From a virus (taxonomy: Duplodnaviria; Caudoviricetes), in IMG/VR virus record IMGVR_UViG_3300032320_001902, positions 1 through 58,902 of that record: a stretch of 58,902 nucleotides of DNA; one strand, 5' to 3'. The notes beneath the pieces were generated by a model that saw only the letters and a program-made list of their open reading frames with translations, ran no database searches and had not been told where the DNA came from. This document shows positions 19,921 through 28,314 of the stretch, piece after piece; within the stretch, counting starts at the first letter, position 1, and every line of letters starts with the position of its first letter. Both the position numbers and the translations under genes were made by a program.

Positions 19921-20054
19921 AAAAGAAAAGCCCACTTGTTTTGTTTTTAGCGGCAGCGTGAACACAAGTGGGACAACTTCTTTGAGGTTTCAACCTCCAA
20001 TAAAAAATATCGTTTTCTGTTCACGCTGCCAAGAGTGAACTTGGAGCAAAGGTA
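19921..20054 (-). promoter_or_regulatory. Promoter plus structured attenuator-like 5' leader
   Basis: TACCTTTG (20047-20054); GTTCAC/GTGAAC hairpin; 13-bp inverted repeat at 19952-19964/20018-20030; CCCACTTGT/ACAAGTGGG terminator stem with a U-tract. Confidence 0.65.
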
Positions 20055-20076
20055 AAAACTTTTTTTGAACTACAAA

Positions 20077-20325
20077 CTATTTTGTGCTATAATATTTAAA
20101 TTTTGCTTTCTCAATATAAATTCTGTTCGTTTTAAGCGTGTCGTCATAGATTTGCTTGGCAATCCTTCCAAAAACAACTTTGACGCAATCCTGACCAACC
20201 ATTGTGTCAATTTCAGGATAACAAGCCTCCATAATATGAACCTCGTCAATCTGTTCAAGCTTGTCAATCTCGTTTGCCTGGACTACACACAACAGAAATA
20301 AAATTGCAATAAGAAAGTTTTTCAT
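20077..20325 (-). CDS. Hypothetical protein with a signal peptide
   Basis: MKNFLIAILFLLCVVQA N-terminus. Confidence 0.55.
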   Translation of the reverse strand: MKNFLIAILFLLCVVQANEIDKLEQIDEVHIMEACYPEIDTMVGQDCVKVVFGRIAKQIYDDTLKTNRIYIEKAKFKYYSTK

Positions 20326-20346
20326 TTCAAAAGTTGTTTATCTTTG

Positions 20347-20439
20347 CCTTGTGAATTTTCCGTGGTTGGTTTTAATTCGCTGATTTAAATTTTTAAAGTT
20401 CATCCAAGGCCGCTGTAATAGGTGGCCTTCGGTGTTTTT
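20347..20439 (+). ncRNA. Candidate small RNA 2
   Basis: TATCTTTG at 20339-20346; no ORF; AAGGCCGC/GTGGCCTT hairpin plus T-run; loop contains TGGTTGGTTT. Confidence 0.4.
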
Positions 20440-20445
20440 AGAGGG

Positions 20446-20703
20446 TTAGTGCAACATAAGCACAGCTATTAGAGCCGCCTCAAAAACGATAAAAACAACT
20501 GCCGATATTAAATAGGTTTTATATTCAATCACTTCCTTATTTATTTTTCGCAAATCTGCCAACCTTTCATCAATCGTCCTTTTCAATCGCTTGTTTTCGG
20601 CGGCAAGTCGGTCTTGTTCGTACACTTGCTTTGCGGAGGTGAGGGATGGGTTTTCAATCTTGCTAACCTTTCCCATTTCAGGCATTCCTTTTGGCGTGTT
20701 CAT
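20446..20703 (-). CDS. Coiled-coil protein with a C-terminal TM segment
   Basis: 85 aa, hydrophobic C-terminus. Confidence 0.55.
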   Translation of the reverse strand: MNTPKGMPEMGKVSKIENPSLTSAKQVYEQDRLAAENKRLKRTIDERLADLRKINKEVIEYKTYLISAVVFIVFEAALIAVLMLH

Positions 20704-20891
20704 TACTTCCTGTTTTTCAGTTCAAAGCAAAATAGTTCGATTTCGTTCGGCTCTTCAACCTCATCTTGGAGGACGGGGCGGGGTTTGTTTCTTGCAGTCA
20801 TTGCCATTGCTCGTTCAACCCATTTGCCGTAATAATCAAGGTGGCGTTGTTCCTTTCTTCTGCGTAGTTCTGATTTGATTAAGTGTTGCAT
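20703..20891 (-). CDS. Hypothetical protein
   Basis: 62 aa, TAATG-coupled. Confidence 0.5.
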   Translation of the reverse strand: MQHLIKSELRRRKEQRHLDYYGKWVERAMAMTARNKPRPVLQDEVEEPNEIELFCFELKNRK

Positions 20892-20894
20892 GGG

Positions 20895-21248
20895 TTAGGG
20901 TATTCTGTTGATTATTTGATTAAATTCAATTCTTGCAATTGGAGTAGATTTTAAACTTTTGGCAATATTAAAATAAAGATGAGGGCTAAGACCAATTGAA
21001 ACAATAAAAGCAGTATCCCGTTTTCCATCAATTTCGTAAATAATCATATCGCCAACTTCGTATCTAGGTTTTGGTTCAATAGGATTTTCTTCTGTCTTTT
21101 TAACCAAAGGACAGCTTACTTGTGCATCCTCTAATTCCAAAGCAAGTTCAAGTATCTTTCTTTTTTCTTCTTTGCTGGCAAATAAATCTATTTCAAGGTT
21201 GATGCTTGATAGACGTTCTTTTTCGTTTATTTCAATGATTAGTTTCAT
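20895..21248 (-). CDS. Hypothetical protein
   Basis: 117 aa. Confidence 0.55.
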   Translation of the reverse strand: MKLIIEINEKERLSSINLEIDLFASKEEKRKILELALELEDAQVSCPLVKKTEENPIEPKPRYEVGDMIIYEIDGKRDTAFIVSIGLSPHLYFNIAKSLKSTPIARIEFNQIINRIP

Positions 21249-21260
21249 TTTGCTGGGTGG

Positions 21261-21497
21261 TTATGGTTTAGTAAATTCTTTTATTAGGATTTCGTTAATT
21301 GTTTCCTGTCTTTTCTCTCTTTCCTTTTCCCATTTCTCAACCTCCTTGACAACCCTTTCAGGAGGCAAGCCTGTCATTGAACTGATAATCCTTGCACCTT
21401 TGCAGGTAGGGCATTTGACGTGGAAGCTTGTTGTTACAGCATAGGGTTCGGGAATCATACCCCTTCCCTCGCAGATTGGACATTTTTGGTAAGTCAT
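21261..21497 (-). CDS. Zn-finger protein (DnaJ-like CxxCxGxG repeats)
   Basis: CPICEGRG and CPTCKGAR. Confidence 0.65.
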   Translation of the reverse strand: MTYQKCPICEGRGMIPEPYAVTTSFHVKCPTCKGARIISSMTGLPPERVVKEVEKWEKEREKRQETINEILIKEFTKP

Positions 21498-21515
21498 GGT
21501 TTATTTAATTTTGTT

Positions 21516-22049
21516 TTAAGTTGCGTCACCAATATTAAATACAATCTTTTTTCCGTAAATCTTTTCCTGCTCTTCATAAAAATCTTTCCTCTTACCTCTA
21601 AAGAAAAACGAAGGATTAATCCAATATGTTCCCTTTGCCCTATGTGCTATAAATCCAGCAGCCCTTAGCGTTCCTATGCTATTAAAAAACGTAGTTCCTG
21701 AATAGCTTCCACAAACATCAGCAAGAGCAGCACACACATATTCCTTATTCAATTCAACGTAATCTTTATTCTCCTTCAAATTATACATAATCCAAATCAA
21801 CAAGTTCTTACTACCAGCGTTCAGCTTCATAAAACTAACCATATACCAATCATTCAAATAATAAGTAGCTTTCTTAGCTGTTTCAACTTCATAATCAGTA
21901 ACCTGTTTTGTTCTTTCAGTCGTGCCAACAATACCTTCTCCTTCTAACTTCTTTTGGTCAAAAGCAAACGAAATCTTCCTTTTCTTTATGACGTTAATCC
22001 TAAACTCTCCCGCAACAAACGGGTTTAACATATTCCTTTCCTTAGCCAT
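21516..22049 (-). CDS. RepL-like winged-helix protein
   Basis: 'L.AAGFI.....GTYWINPSFFFRG' is characteristic of the RepL family; promoter TATATTTG at 22070-22077 (minus). Confidence 0.6.
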   Translation of the reverse strand: MAKERNMLNPFVAGEFRINVIKKRKISFAFDQKKLEGEGIVGTTERTKQVTDYEVETAKKATYYLNDWYMVSFMKLNAGSKNLLIWIMYNLKENKDYVELNKEYVCAALADVCGSYSGTTFFNSIGTLRAAGFIAHRAKGTYWINPSFFFRGKRKDFYEEQEKIYGKKIVFNIGDAT

Positions 22050-22075
22050 TTTCTATTGTTTCCACAACGCAAATA

Positions 22076-22182
22076 TACTACAATATTTTTATACATACTA
22101 CAATAATGGAAAAATATACTTTACTACAACAGAATTGTAGCAAACAGCCATTTTTTACTTCAAAAAAGTGCATTTACTACAA
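22076..22182 (+). repeat. TACTACAA direct repeats (four exact, one variant)
   Basis: Copies at 22076, 22096, 22122 and 22175; TACTTCAA at 22156. Confidence 0.65.
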
Positions 22183-22780
22183 TATCAGCTTTTGTAACTT
22201 TCTGTTAATCAAAACTTTAACTATCATTTTCAGGTTAATATATTATACAATCAAAAGTTGACTAATTTTTTCACCCTTTTCTCACCCTTGACCTCCATCC
22301 ATAACATCCCTAACATTCAATGAAAGCTGTTGTTGAAGTGTTTGCTTACCAATCAATCAATCTAAACTTTCTTACATTCAAATGAAAGGAATGAAAGCTA
22401 AATCTAATCGTGATGAATGAAAGAAGCTGTTGAAGGGAAAGGAATGATTGAAAAGAAAGCTAAAGGTTGACAAAGGAGAAAAGGTGGGTTGAAGAAAAAT
22501 TGGTTTAGCGCAAAGAAAGAGGCTGAAAGAAGAAAGGTTGATTTTAACTGAGGGAGAATGAAAGAAGGTTCAAAGAAGGCATCTTTCAAAGAAAGAGGGG
22601 TTGACGCTTAATTTTTGACAAAACCAAGCCAACAAAAAAAGTACCCCCCTACCATCAGACCCCCCGCCCTACTTTTTTTTTGCAAGTCAAACCCAAACCA
22701 CAACCAGAGGAACCAAGGCAAGGGAGCAAGGGATAAACGATATACGGCTAAGGCCCTGTTGTATATTTCAAAAATTCCTT

Positions 22781-22788
22781 TATCTTTG
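22781..22788 (+). promoter_or_regulatory. -7 promoter element starting the plus-strand arm
   Basis: TATCTTTG upstream of the 22928 ORF. Confidence 0.5.
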
Positions 22789-22927
22789 CGTCCAATTCAA
22801 CGATTAATTAATTTTAAACAAATCCCTTCAATGAACCTTAAATCCACCTTAATTCACTACCTTAAACGAACGTTCAAGGATGTGGAAAAGGTTGAAAGGT
22901 TGAATTGAGAGGAGGGAAAGCGGTAAA

Positions 22928-23410
22928 ATGGCTAAGTACTTTGTAAATCTTAGCGCTGTTGAACTTGCAAGACGCAAGGAAAGAAAGATTAATTACCTCC
23001 TTTCAAGATACACCGAAACGCCCTATTTAAGCCATTTCAACGATTTAAGGACACAATATCAAAGGAATAATTTAGTATCCTTTAACGATACTTTAATGAA
23101 GTTTTACGGCTATTTTCAGCCTAACTTTCAATTTATGATAGAAGTATCTGGATTGAGCCAAGTTGAATTTTGCGCCATTTGTGGAGTATCTCGCAACCTT
23201 GTAAAGAAAAGCGAAAAAGCATACTTAACCAACTTAAAGATTCACACTTTCTTAAAGGTTTATTCCCTCTTCCTGGTCTACCTTCCTTCCCTCGAATTCT
23301 GCGATATGTTCACTTTAGATTTTCGCACAACCTTTCCATTTTTAATTGAACAACAGGAAGAAAACAGGCGTAAACTTGGTAAAAAACCATTGAAAAAAGC
23401 CAAGAAATAA
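22928..23410 (+). CDS. HTH (XRE-like) domain protein
   Basis: 'IEVSGLSQVEFCAICGVSRNLVKKSE'. Confidence 0.55.
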   Translation: MAKYFVNLSAVELARRKERKINYLLSRYTETPYLSHFNDLRTQYQRNNLVSFNDTLMKFYGYFQPNFQFMIEVSGLSQVEFCAICGVSRNLVKKSEKAYLTNLKIHTFLKVYSLFLVYLPSLEFCDMFTLDFRTTFPFLIEQQEENRRKLGKKPLKKAKK

Positions 23411-23534
23411 AGGTTATATGTAAATCTTTTTCATTGATTTTCAAGCAGTTACAAAAATATTTACTTGCTGTTGTATTTTGTATCGTTTTTTGACCTTCCT
23501 TTGCAGAGTCAATAACAATAAAAAAAACAAAGCG

Positions 23535-23723
23535 ATGAAAGTAACAATTAATGTAAAAAGGGGCAGTTCATTTGCCAAGTACAATGGACAATCATTCGAA
23601 GTAAACCCGTGTAATTTTTTAGTTTTAAAGGGAAAGCTTCTAATACCAATAAGGGGCGTTAATCCAGAATACCCTTCTAATTTTACAGACTTTACTCAAG
23701 ATGAATTAATATTTTCCAACTAA
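23535..23723 (+). CDS. Hypothetical early protein
   Basis: ATG 23535 after the GTCAATAACAA leader. Confidence 0.55.
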   Translation: MKVTINVKRGSSFAKYNGQSFEVNPCNFLVLKGKLLIPIRGVNPEYPSNFTDFTQDELIFSN

Positions 23724-23791
23724 CCCAACCAAGGGGTGCAGCATCCTTTCAACTGCATTTTAACCAACCTAAACAATCAAAAACTAATCAC

Positions 23792-23959
23792 ATGAACAAC
23801 CAACCAAACACACCACTACTAATTAGCTTACTTCTTTGTCTATTCCTTGTCGGATTTTCAGCCTTTTCTAAGGAATATCAGTTCTTCGCTTTTTTTGCTT
23901 TAATTAGCATCATTTTAAGCATCGTTCTTTTCCTTGATAATTTGACCTCTAAAAAATAA
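23792..23959 (+). CDS. Small two-TM membrane protein (55 aa, not in ORF track)
   Basis: MNNQPNTPLLISLLLCLFLVGFSAFSKEYQFFAFFALISIILSIVLFLDNLTSKK. Confidence 0.55.
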   Translation: MNNQPNTPLLISLLLCLFLVGFSAFSKEYQFFAFFALISIILSIVLFLDNLTSKK

Positions 23960-24001
23960 ACCAAACCAACCAACCAACCAAAACTTTAAAACTTTAAAAA
24001 C

Positions 24002-24262
24002 ATGAAAATAGAAAACTTCACCTCAAGTAATGGTAATTCAGTACCTAACCAATTCTTGTTAACTGATGGAAACAAAAAAGTATTTCAAAGTTACGAATCA
24101 GTAATTGCAGTAATTGAAAACGGCAAAGTAAGTTTAGACAAAAAGTATTGGGATTATTCCAACACAACAGGCAAGTATAGAAATCAATTTTTGGGAGAAA
24201 CGAAAAAGGAAACGGAAGCTAAGATAAAATCAGGTGAATATACCTTAACCAATCTAAACTGA
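24002..24262 (+). CDS. Conserved phage early protein
   Basis: 'FQSYESVIA...YWDYSNTTGKYRNQFL' motif, recalled from other phage early genes. Confidence 0.65.
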   Translation: MKIENFTSSNGNSVPNQFLLTDGNKKVFQSYESVIAVIENGKVSLDKKYWDYSNTTGKYRNQFLGETKKETEAKIKSGEYTLTNLN

Positions 24263-24267
24263 TACAA

Positions 24268-24325
24268 GGTTAACTGAAGAGAATTTAATATTCGAAACGA
24301 GGTACTTTTTTACCTCGTCTTAACC
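24268..24325 (+). ncRNA. Hammerhead ribozyme, type I
   Basis: Stem I GGTTAA/TTAACC; core CTGAAGA; stem II GAAT/ATTC; GAAA; stem III CGAGGTA/TACCTCG; cleavage triplet GTC at 24317-24319. Confidence 0.9.
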
Positions 24326-24345
24326 AACCAAAAACTTTAAAAAAA

Positions 24346-24723
24346 ATGAACAACCAATCTAAACAAAAACTAATCGACTTTTTGACCTTGCAAAATATTG
24401 ATATTGATTTTCAATATTATTTAGGCAACGCCGATTTTTCAACCTTTGATGAAATTTGCGACATATTGGACGGCGACGGAGCTTTCAACCAAGAGGTAAT
24501 TTATTACTCAAAAGCTATTAAATACCTGCAAGAAAACGACCCAAGTTTACAAGCTTCTTTAGAAATTGCTTCTGATTTAGGTTACGACCCAAAAAATCTT
24601 AATAGTGAAATATTGGCAAGTTTGCACAAAAGCGAACAAGTTAGAACAGAATTTTACGACCTCCAAAGCTCAATCGAAGAACTAATCGAAGAACTTGTAA
24701 GCGAACAAGAAGAAGAGGAATAA
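24346..24723 (+). CDS. Acidic hypothetical early protein
   Basis: 125 aa, Asp/Glu-rich, 'EVIYYSKAIKYL' motif. Confidence 0.65.
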   Translation: MNNQSKQKLIDFLTLQNIDIDFQYYLGNADFSTFDEICDILDGDGAFNQEVIYYSKAIKYLQENDPSLQASLEIASDLGYDPKNLNSEILASLHKSEQVRTEFYDLQSSIEELIEELVSEQEEEE

Positions 24724-24807
24724 GCCAATTTTTAATTCTCCCAACCTCAATTTAGCGGGGTGAACCATTGCCCCGCCTTTCTTAAAATAATTCAACACAG
24801 CGCAAAT

Positions 24808-25014
24808 ATGCAAGCCTACCAAACCAACCAAGCCACAACGCTAATAAACGACGATAACAGCCTATTTTATTTGACTTATAAGCCTCAATTCAAAATTGAA
24901 TATAAAGGGAAAGTTAATGATAAATACAGGGCAGAAGGTAAGGCAATGAAAATAAGTAGGCAGCAGGAAGCAATTTTTAGAAACATTATTAAAATCAATT
25001 TTGGCCTTTTGTAA
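24808..25014 (+). CDS. Hypothetical protein
   Basis: ATG 24808 is in frame with the track ORF. Confidence 0.5.
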   Translation: MQAYQTNQATTLINDDNSLFYLTYKPQFKIEYKGKVNDKYRAEGKAMKISRQQEAIFRNIIKINFGLL

Positions 25015-25067
25015 AAAACAATGTAACAACTAACAACCAACCAACCAACCAATAAAAACTTAGAAAC

Positions 25068-25499
25068 ATGAAAAATTTTAAAGTAACCAAAAACGGCAAA
25101 GAAATTGCCAACGGATTAAACCACCATCAAGCTTTGTTAAAATTAGCCCAAGTTGCAAACGATTATGCAATGCAAACAGGGTACTACCAAACCACCGAAT
25201 TATTGGACATCATTGAACCCGATGGAAATGTAACGATTTTTAGCTTTGGCGAAGATACAGCTTCCATAGGTGGGCAGTATTTTGAAATTGAAGTTGAAAA
25301 GCAAACCTACGATATTTGTTTCCAATCAAATGACAGCTCCATGAACAAAGGCTTTCAATTTACAATAGAACAAGCCAAAAACTATATTTCAACGCACAAC
25401 GGAACAAACGATTCCTACTTTCAAGATTTCAAAGGTGGAATAGCCCAAATCGTTTGCAATGAAACCGAGGAAGTTATTTATGAAACTGAAATATTTTAA
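25068..25499 (+). CDS. Hypothetical protein
   Basis: 143 aa; AACC-repeat leader. Confidence 0.6.
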   Translation: MKNFKVTKNGKEIANGLNHHQALLKLAQVANDYAMQTGYYQTTELLDIIEPDGNVTIFSFGEDTASIGGQYFEIEVEKQTYDICFQSNDSSMNKGFQFTIEQAKNYISTHNGTNDSYFQDFKGGIAQIVCNETEEVIYETEIF

Positions 25500-25524
25500 C
25501 CAACCAAATAAAAAACATAAAGCA

Positions 25525-25914
25525 ATGAAAAAGAATTATTCAATCAGAATTTACGAAACCAAAGAAGGACTTGAACACTTTACCAAATTTGACAAACCTT
25601 TTACATCATTGTCTGAAGCTATATCTGCTTTACTTTCGGAACATGAAAGGTTAATCAAAAGGTATGGCGAAATGGAAACTAAGATTAAAGAAATAATTGA
25701 AGACAGCGAGCAATGGAAAGATACCGATTGGTTTAGAGAAAATTGTGGGGTAAAACTTGAACTTTCTTTGGCTGATGGTAATGAAGATTTTCTACCATTG
25801 GAAAACGAAGATTTTAGTGTAGTTAAACCCTACGACAAAACCAGGTTTTTTAATCTTTTTGAACTTAGCGAAACAGCAACAAGCAAGGATACCTTTTTCT
25901 ACAAACACAAATAA
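25525..25914 (+). CDS. Hypothetical protein
   Basis: Start moved to ATG 25525. Confidence 0.55.
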   Translation: MKKNYSIRIYETKEGLEHFTKFDKPFTSLSEAISALLSEHERLIKRYGEMETKIKEIIEDSEQWKDTDWFRENCGVKLELSLADGNEDFLPLENEDFSVVKPYDKTRFFNLFELSETATSKDTFFYKHK

Positions 25915-25922
25915 ACAAAACA

Positions 25923-26168
25923 ATGCAAGACTATTTTGAAATTTTAGCAGACTTTGACACATTGCCTGAAGCACAACAAAACGAACTTAGGCAAGTAAAC
26001 AACCTAATAAACAACCCCGATGCAAGCTGGGCAGAAGTTATGTTACAAGGAGAAAGCAGTTATATTGCCTGTGCAGACCTCGTGGAAGCCTTGGAGCAAA
26101 TCGGATGGACTTGTGATTATGGCCTTGATGGGCAGCCAATAGACTTACAACCATTAAAATCAATGTAA
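25923..26168 (+). CDS. Acidic hypothetical protein
   Basis: 81 aa; 'LEQIGWTCDYGLDG' motif. Confidence 0.6.
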   Translation: MQDYFEILADFDTLPEAQQNELRQVNNLINNPDASWAEVMLQGESSYIACADLVEALEQIGWTCDYGLDGQPIDLQPLKSM

Positions 26169-26178
26169 CAACAAAAAA

Positions 26179-26490
26179 ATGTTAACACAATCAAAAATTG
26201 AATTAAACGAACAGATTATTTTTTCAAAAGATGCTGGTTTGTTTATTGGTCGAATAACAGAGGTAAGGGAAAAAGCCGTAAAAGTTGATTACTGCATGGA
26301 GTCAATATGGAACAACTGCCAACTAACAATTTTTACTTATTCTACATGGATACCCAAGGCTGCAATAATAACCGATAAAATTGGCGGGCTAACTGTTAAA
26401 AAATGGTTTGCAAATATTGGACTAAAAGCCGAAAACGTACGCCACATTAAAAAGTATTACATTCAAAACAGCGAAAAAGTATTAATATAA
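26179..26490 (+). CDS. Hypothetical protein
   Basis: 103 aa; 'REKAV...WIPKA' motif. Confidence 0.6.
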   Translation: MLTQSKIELNEQIIFSKDAGLFIGRITEVREKAVKVDYCMESIWNNCQLTIFTYSTWIPKAAIITDKIGGLTVKKWFANIGLKAENVRHIKKYYIQNSEKVLI

Positions 26491-26508
26491 TAACAACCGA
26501 ACAACCAA

Positions 26509-26709
26509 ATGATAAAAGTAAAACTAAAAAACCCCCAGTATTTTTTGACCATTGAAAATGGGACGACCTTCAACCGAACCGCCAACCTTTGGCAGGAAGG
26601 TTTTAAATTTCCACTCAAAGAAGAATCATTTTCCCAATCCGTACCATTGCAAGAAATTGTGGATTGGGGCAATAACAATGTAAATGATGCAACAACAAAC
26701 GACAAGTAA
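26509..26709 (+). CDS. Hypothetical protein
   Basis: 66 aa. Confidence 0.5.
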   Translation: MIKVKLKNPQYFLTIENGTTFNRTANLWQEGFKFPLKEESFSQSVPLQEIVDWGNNNVNDATTNDK

Positions 26710-26742
26710 TAGAAAGTATTAACCAAGTAAATTTTAATCAAA

Positions 26743-26955
26743 ATGAAATCAATATTTAAACTTGAAGTAAAAAACAAAAACATAAAAGACTTAGAGCCAA
26801 TGTATTTTTTAACATTCAAAGACGCAATAATAGTATCAAACGCTTTTGATTCATTGGCTAAAGAAGGTATAAAGTTTAAATGGGAATGCACCGAAATAGA
26901 ACTATTGTCAAGTAGTGATGTTATTAACCATCTTTTATCGCTTGACAACGATTAG
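26743..26955 (+). CDS. Hypothetical protein
   Basis: 70 aa. Confidence 0.5.
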   Translation: MKSIFKLEVKNKNIKDLEPMYFLTFKDAIIVSNAFDSLAKEGIKFKWECTEIELLSSSDVINHLLSLDND

Positions 26956-26988
26956 TTAAAGTAGTAATCCTAAACCAACCAACCAACA

Positions 26989-27225
26989 ATGCAATACCAC
27001 ACCGACACCATCAGTAAACTAACTTCCAACGATGAAGCAATTGCCGAACTTTCAGCCCAAAAAAATGAATGTAGAAACTTTATAAATTCAGGCGACTTAT
27101 TCAAGTTGCCGAAAAGGGAACAGGAACAATTTTGGGAGTTCTACAAAGCCGTCAGAAGAATGTATTGGCAGCTACAATTTGCCAAACTTGAAATCTTAAC
27201 CTTGGAATCCTTTACGCTAAATTAA
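26989..27225 (+). CDS. Hypothetical protein
   Basis: 78 aa; AACC-repeat leader. Confidence 0.55.
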   Translation: MQYHTDTISKLTSNDEAIAELSAQKNECRNFINSGDLFKLPKREQEQFWEFYKAVRRMYWQLQFAKLEILTLESFTLN

Positions 27226-27227
27226 CT

Positions 27228-27920
27228 ATGAAAACCTACATTGCATACTACCGAGTAAGTACAAAGCGACAAGGCGAATCAGGTTTAGGTTTGGAAGCAC
27301 AAAAACAAGCTGTTAACCTATACGCCAAAAATAATGGCCGTATATTGCAAGAGTTTACAGAAGTTGAATCAGGTAAGAAGGATAAACGACCTCAACTTGA
27401 ACAGGCGATAAACCAATGTAAACAAAAAGAAGCAACTTTGCTCATAGCTAAGTTAGACAGACTAAGTAGGAATGTATCTTTTTTGTTTACTTTGAAGGAA
27501 TCAGTTAACTTTGTTTGTTTAGATTTACCCGACCTTAACACCTTAACCCTGGGCATCTTCGCAACGATGGCACAGCACGAAAGGGAACTGATAAGCAAAC
27601 GAACAAAGGCTGCATTGCAAGTCAAAAAATCCAATGGAGTAAAACTCGGGAAACCTGAAAACCTAAACTATGAGGCCGCAGTTAATGGTGGGATAGCAAG
27701 GAAAAGAGCCGTATGGGAGGATAACAACAAAGTCCAAATATACGAGTACATCAAAATGTATATTGCCGCCAACCCTGACTACCTTCTGAAAGAGATTAGT
27801 TATAACCTTAATCGCCTTGGCTACAAACGAAGCGGTTACATAACAACCGATGGGAAGGATTTCACACCTCAAAATGTGTGGTATCTAATAAACTATTACA
27901 AACAAGAAAATTTACTTTAA
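27228..27920 (+). CDS. Serine recombinase (resolvase/invertase family)
   Basis: 'YYRVSTKRQ', 'ESG....RPQL', 'AKLDRLSRN', 'ERELISKRTKAAL...K..G.KLG'. Confidence 0.92.
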   Translation: MKTYIAYYRVSTKRQGESGLGLEAQKQAVNLYAKNNGRILQEFTEVESGKKDKRPQLEQAINQCKQKEATLLIAKLDRLSRNVSFLFTLKESVNFVCLDLPDLNTLTLGIFATMAQHERELISKRTKAALQVKKSNGVKLGKPENLNYEAAVNGGIARKRAVWEDNNKVQIYEYIKMYIAANPDYLLKEISYNLNRLGYKRSGYITTDGKDFTPQNVWYLINYYKQENLL

Positions 27921-27939
27921 TCAAATCAATGTAACAACA

Positions 27940-28164
27940 ATGAGAACAGAAACAATGAGTTTGGAGCAGGCTTTCTGCTATACCTTGAACTTCAAATACT
28001 TTTACCGCAGATGCGGAATGTCAAGCCAATGGGGCAACAACATCAGAAATCGTTATGCTTCGGGAATCTTATCCGAAACCAAGATGAGGGAGGTGGTGGT
28101 TAAGGCTGGGTACTTTTACCGCAATCCCGAAAGTTTTATTAGAAAAGATATTGATGATATTTAG
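27940..28164 (+). CDS. Hypothetical protein
   Basis: 74 aa. Confidence 0.5.
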   Translation: MRTETMSLEQAFCYTLNFKYFYRRCGMSSQWGNNIRNRYASGILSETKMREVVVKAGYFYRNPESFIRKDIDDI

Positions 28165-28203
28165 AAATTAATATATTTGCAATGTCAATAACAACTTACC
28201 ACA

Positions 28204-28314
28204 ATGAAACCTAACCTTCTCAAAAGGCTGCTACTTGCTGCCGCAATTGTCCTATCCCTTGGCTTAATCGCCTTGGTTTACATTATTTCAACCACTAATT
28301 TTAAATTCCTGTGA
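28204..28314 (+). CDS. Small hydrophobic peptide (36 aa)
   Basis: MKPNLLKRLLLAAAIVLSLGLIALVYIISTTNFKFL, after promoter TATATTTG at 28172-28179. Confidence 0.45.
   Translation: MKPNLLKRLLLAAAIVLSLGLIALVYIISTTNFKFL

Noticed and set aside
19919-19993. N-terminal extension (MKPQRSCPTC...) of ORF 19151-19993
   Set aside because: The TTG start lies inside the structured leader/terminator, so ATG 19918 is more plausible
22404-22908. ORFs 22404-22589 and 22615-22908
   Set aside because: Low-complexity translations arising from compositional skew, with no convincing start context
23731-23758. GGGGTGCAGCATCCTTTCAACTGCA as a ribozyme or riboswitch
   Set aside because: Only a 5-bp hairpin is supportable and no recognised core is present
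23958-26988. AACC tandem runs as phase-variable microsatellites
   Set aside because: They are short (2-4 units) and always in 5' leaders, so they are better explained as leader motifs
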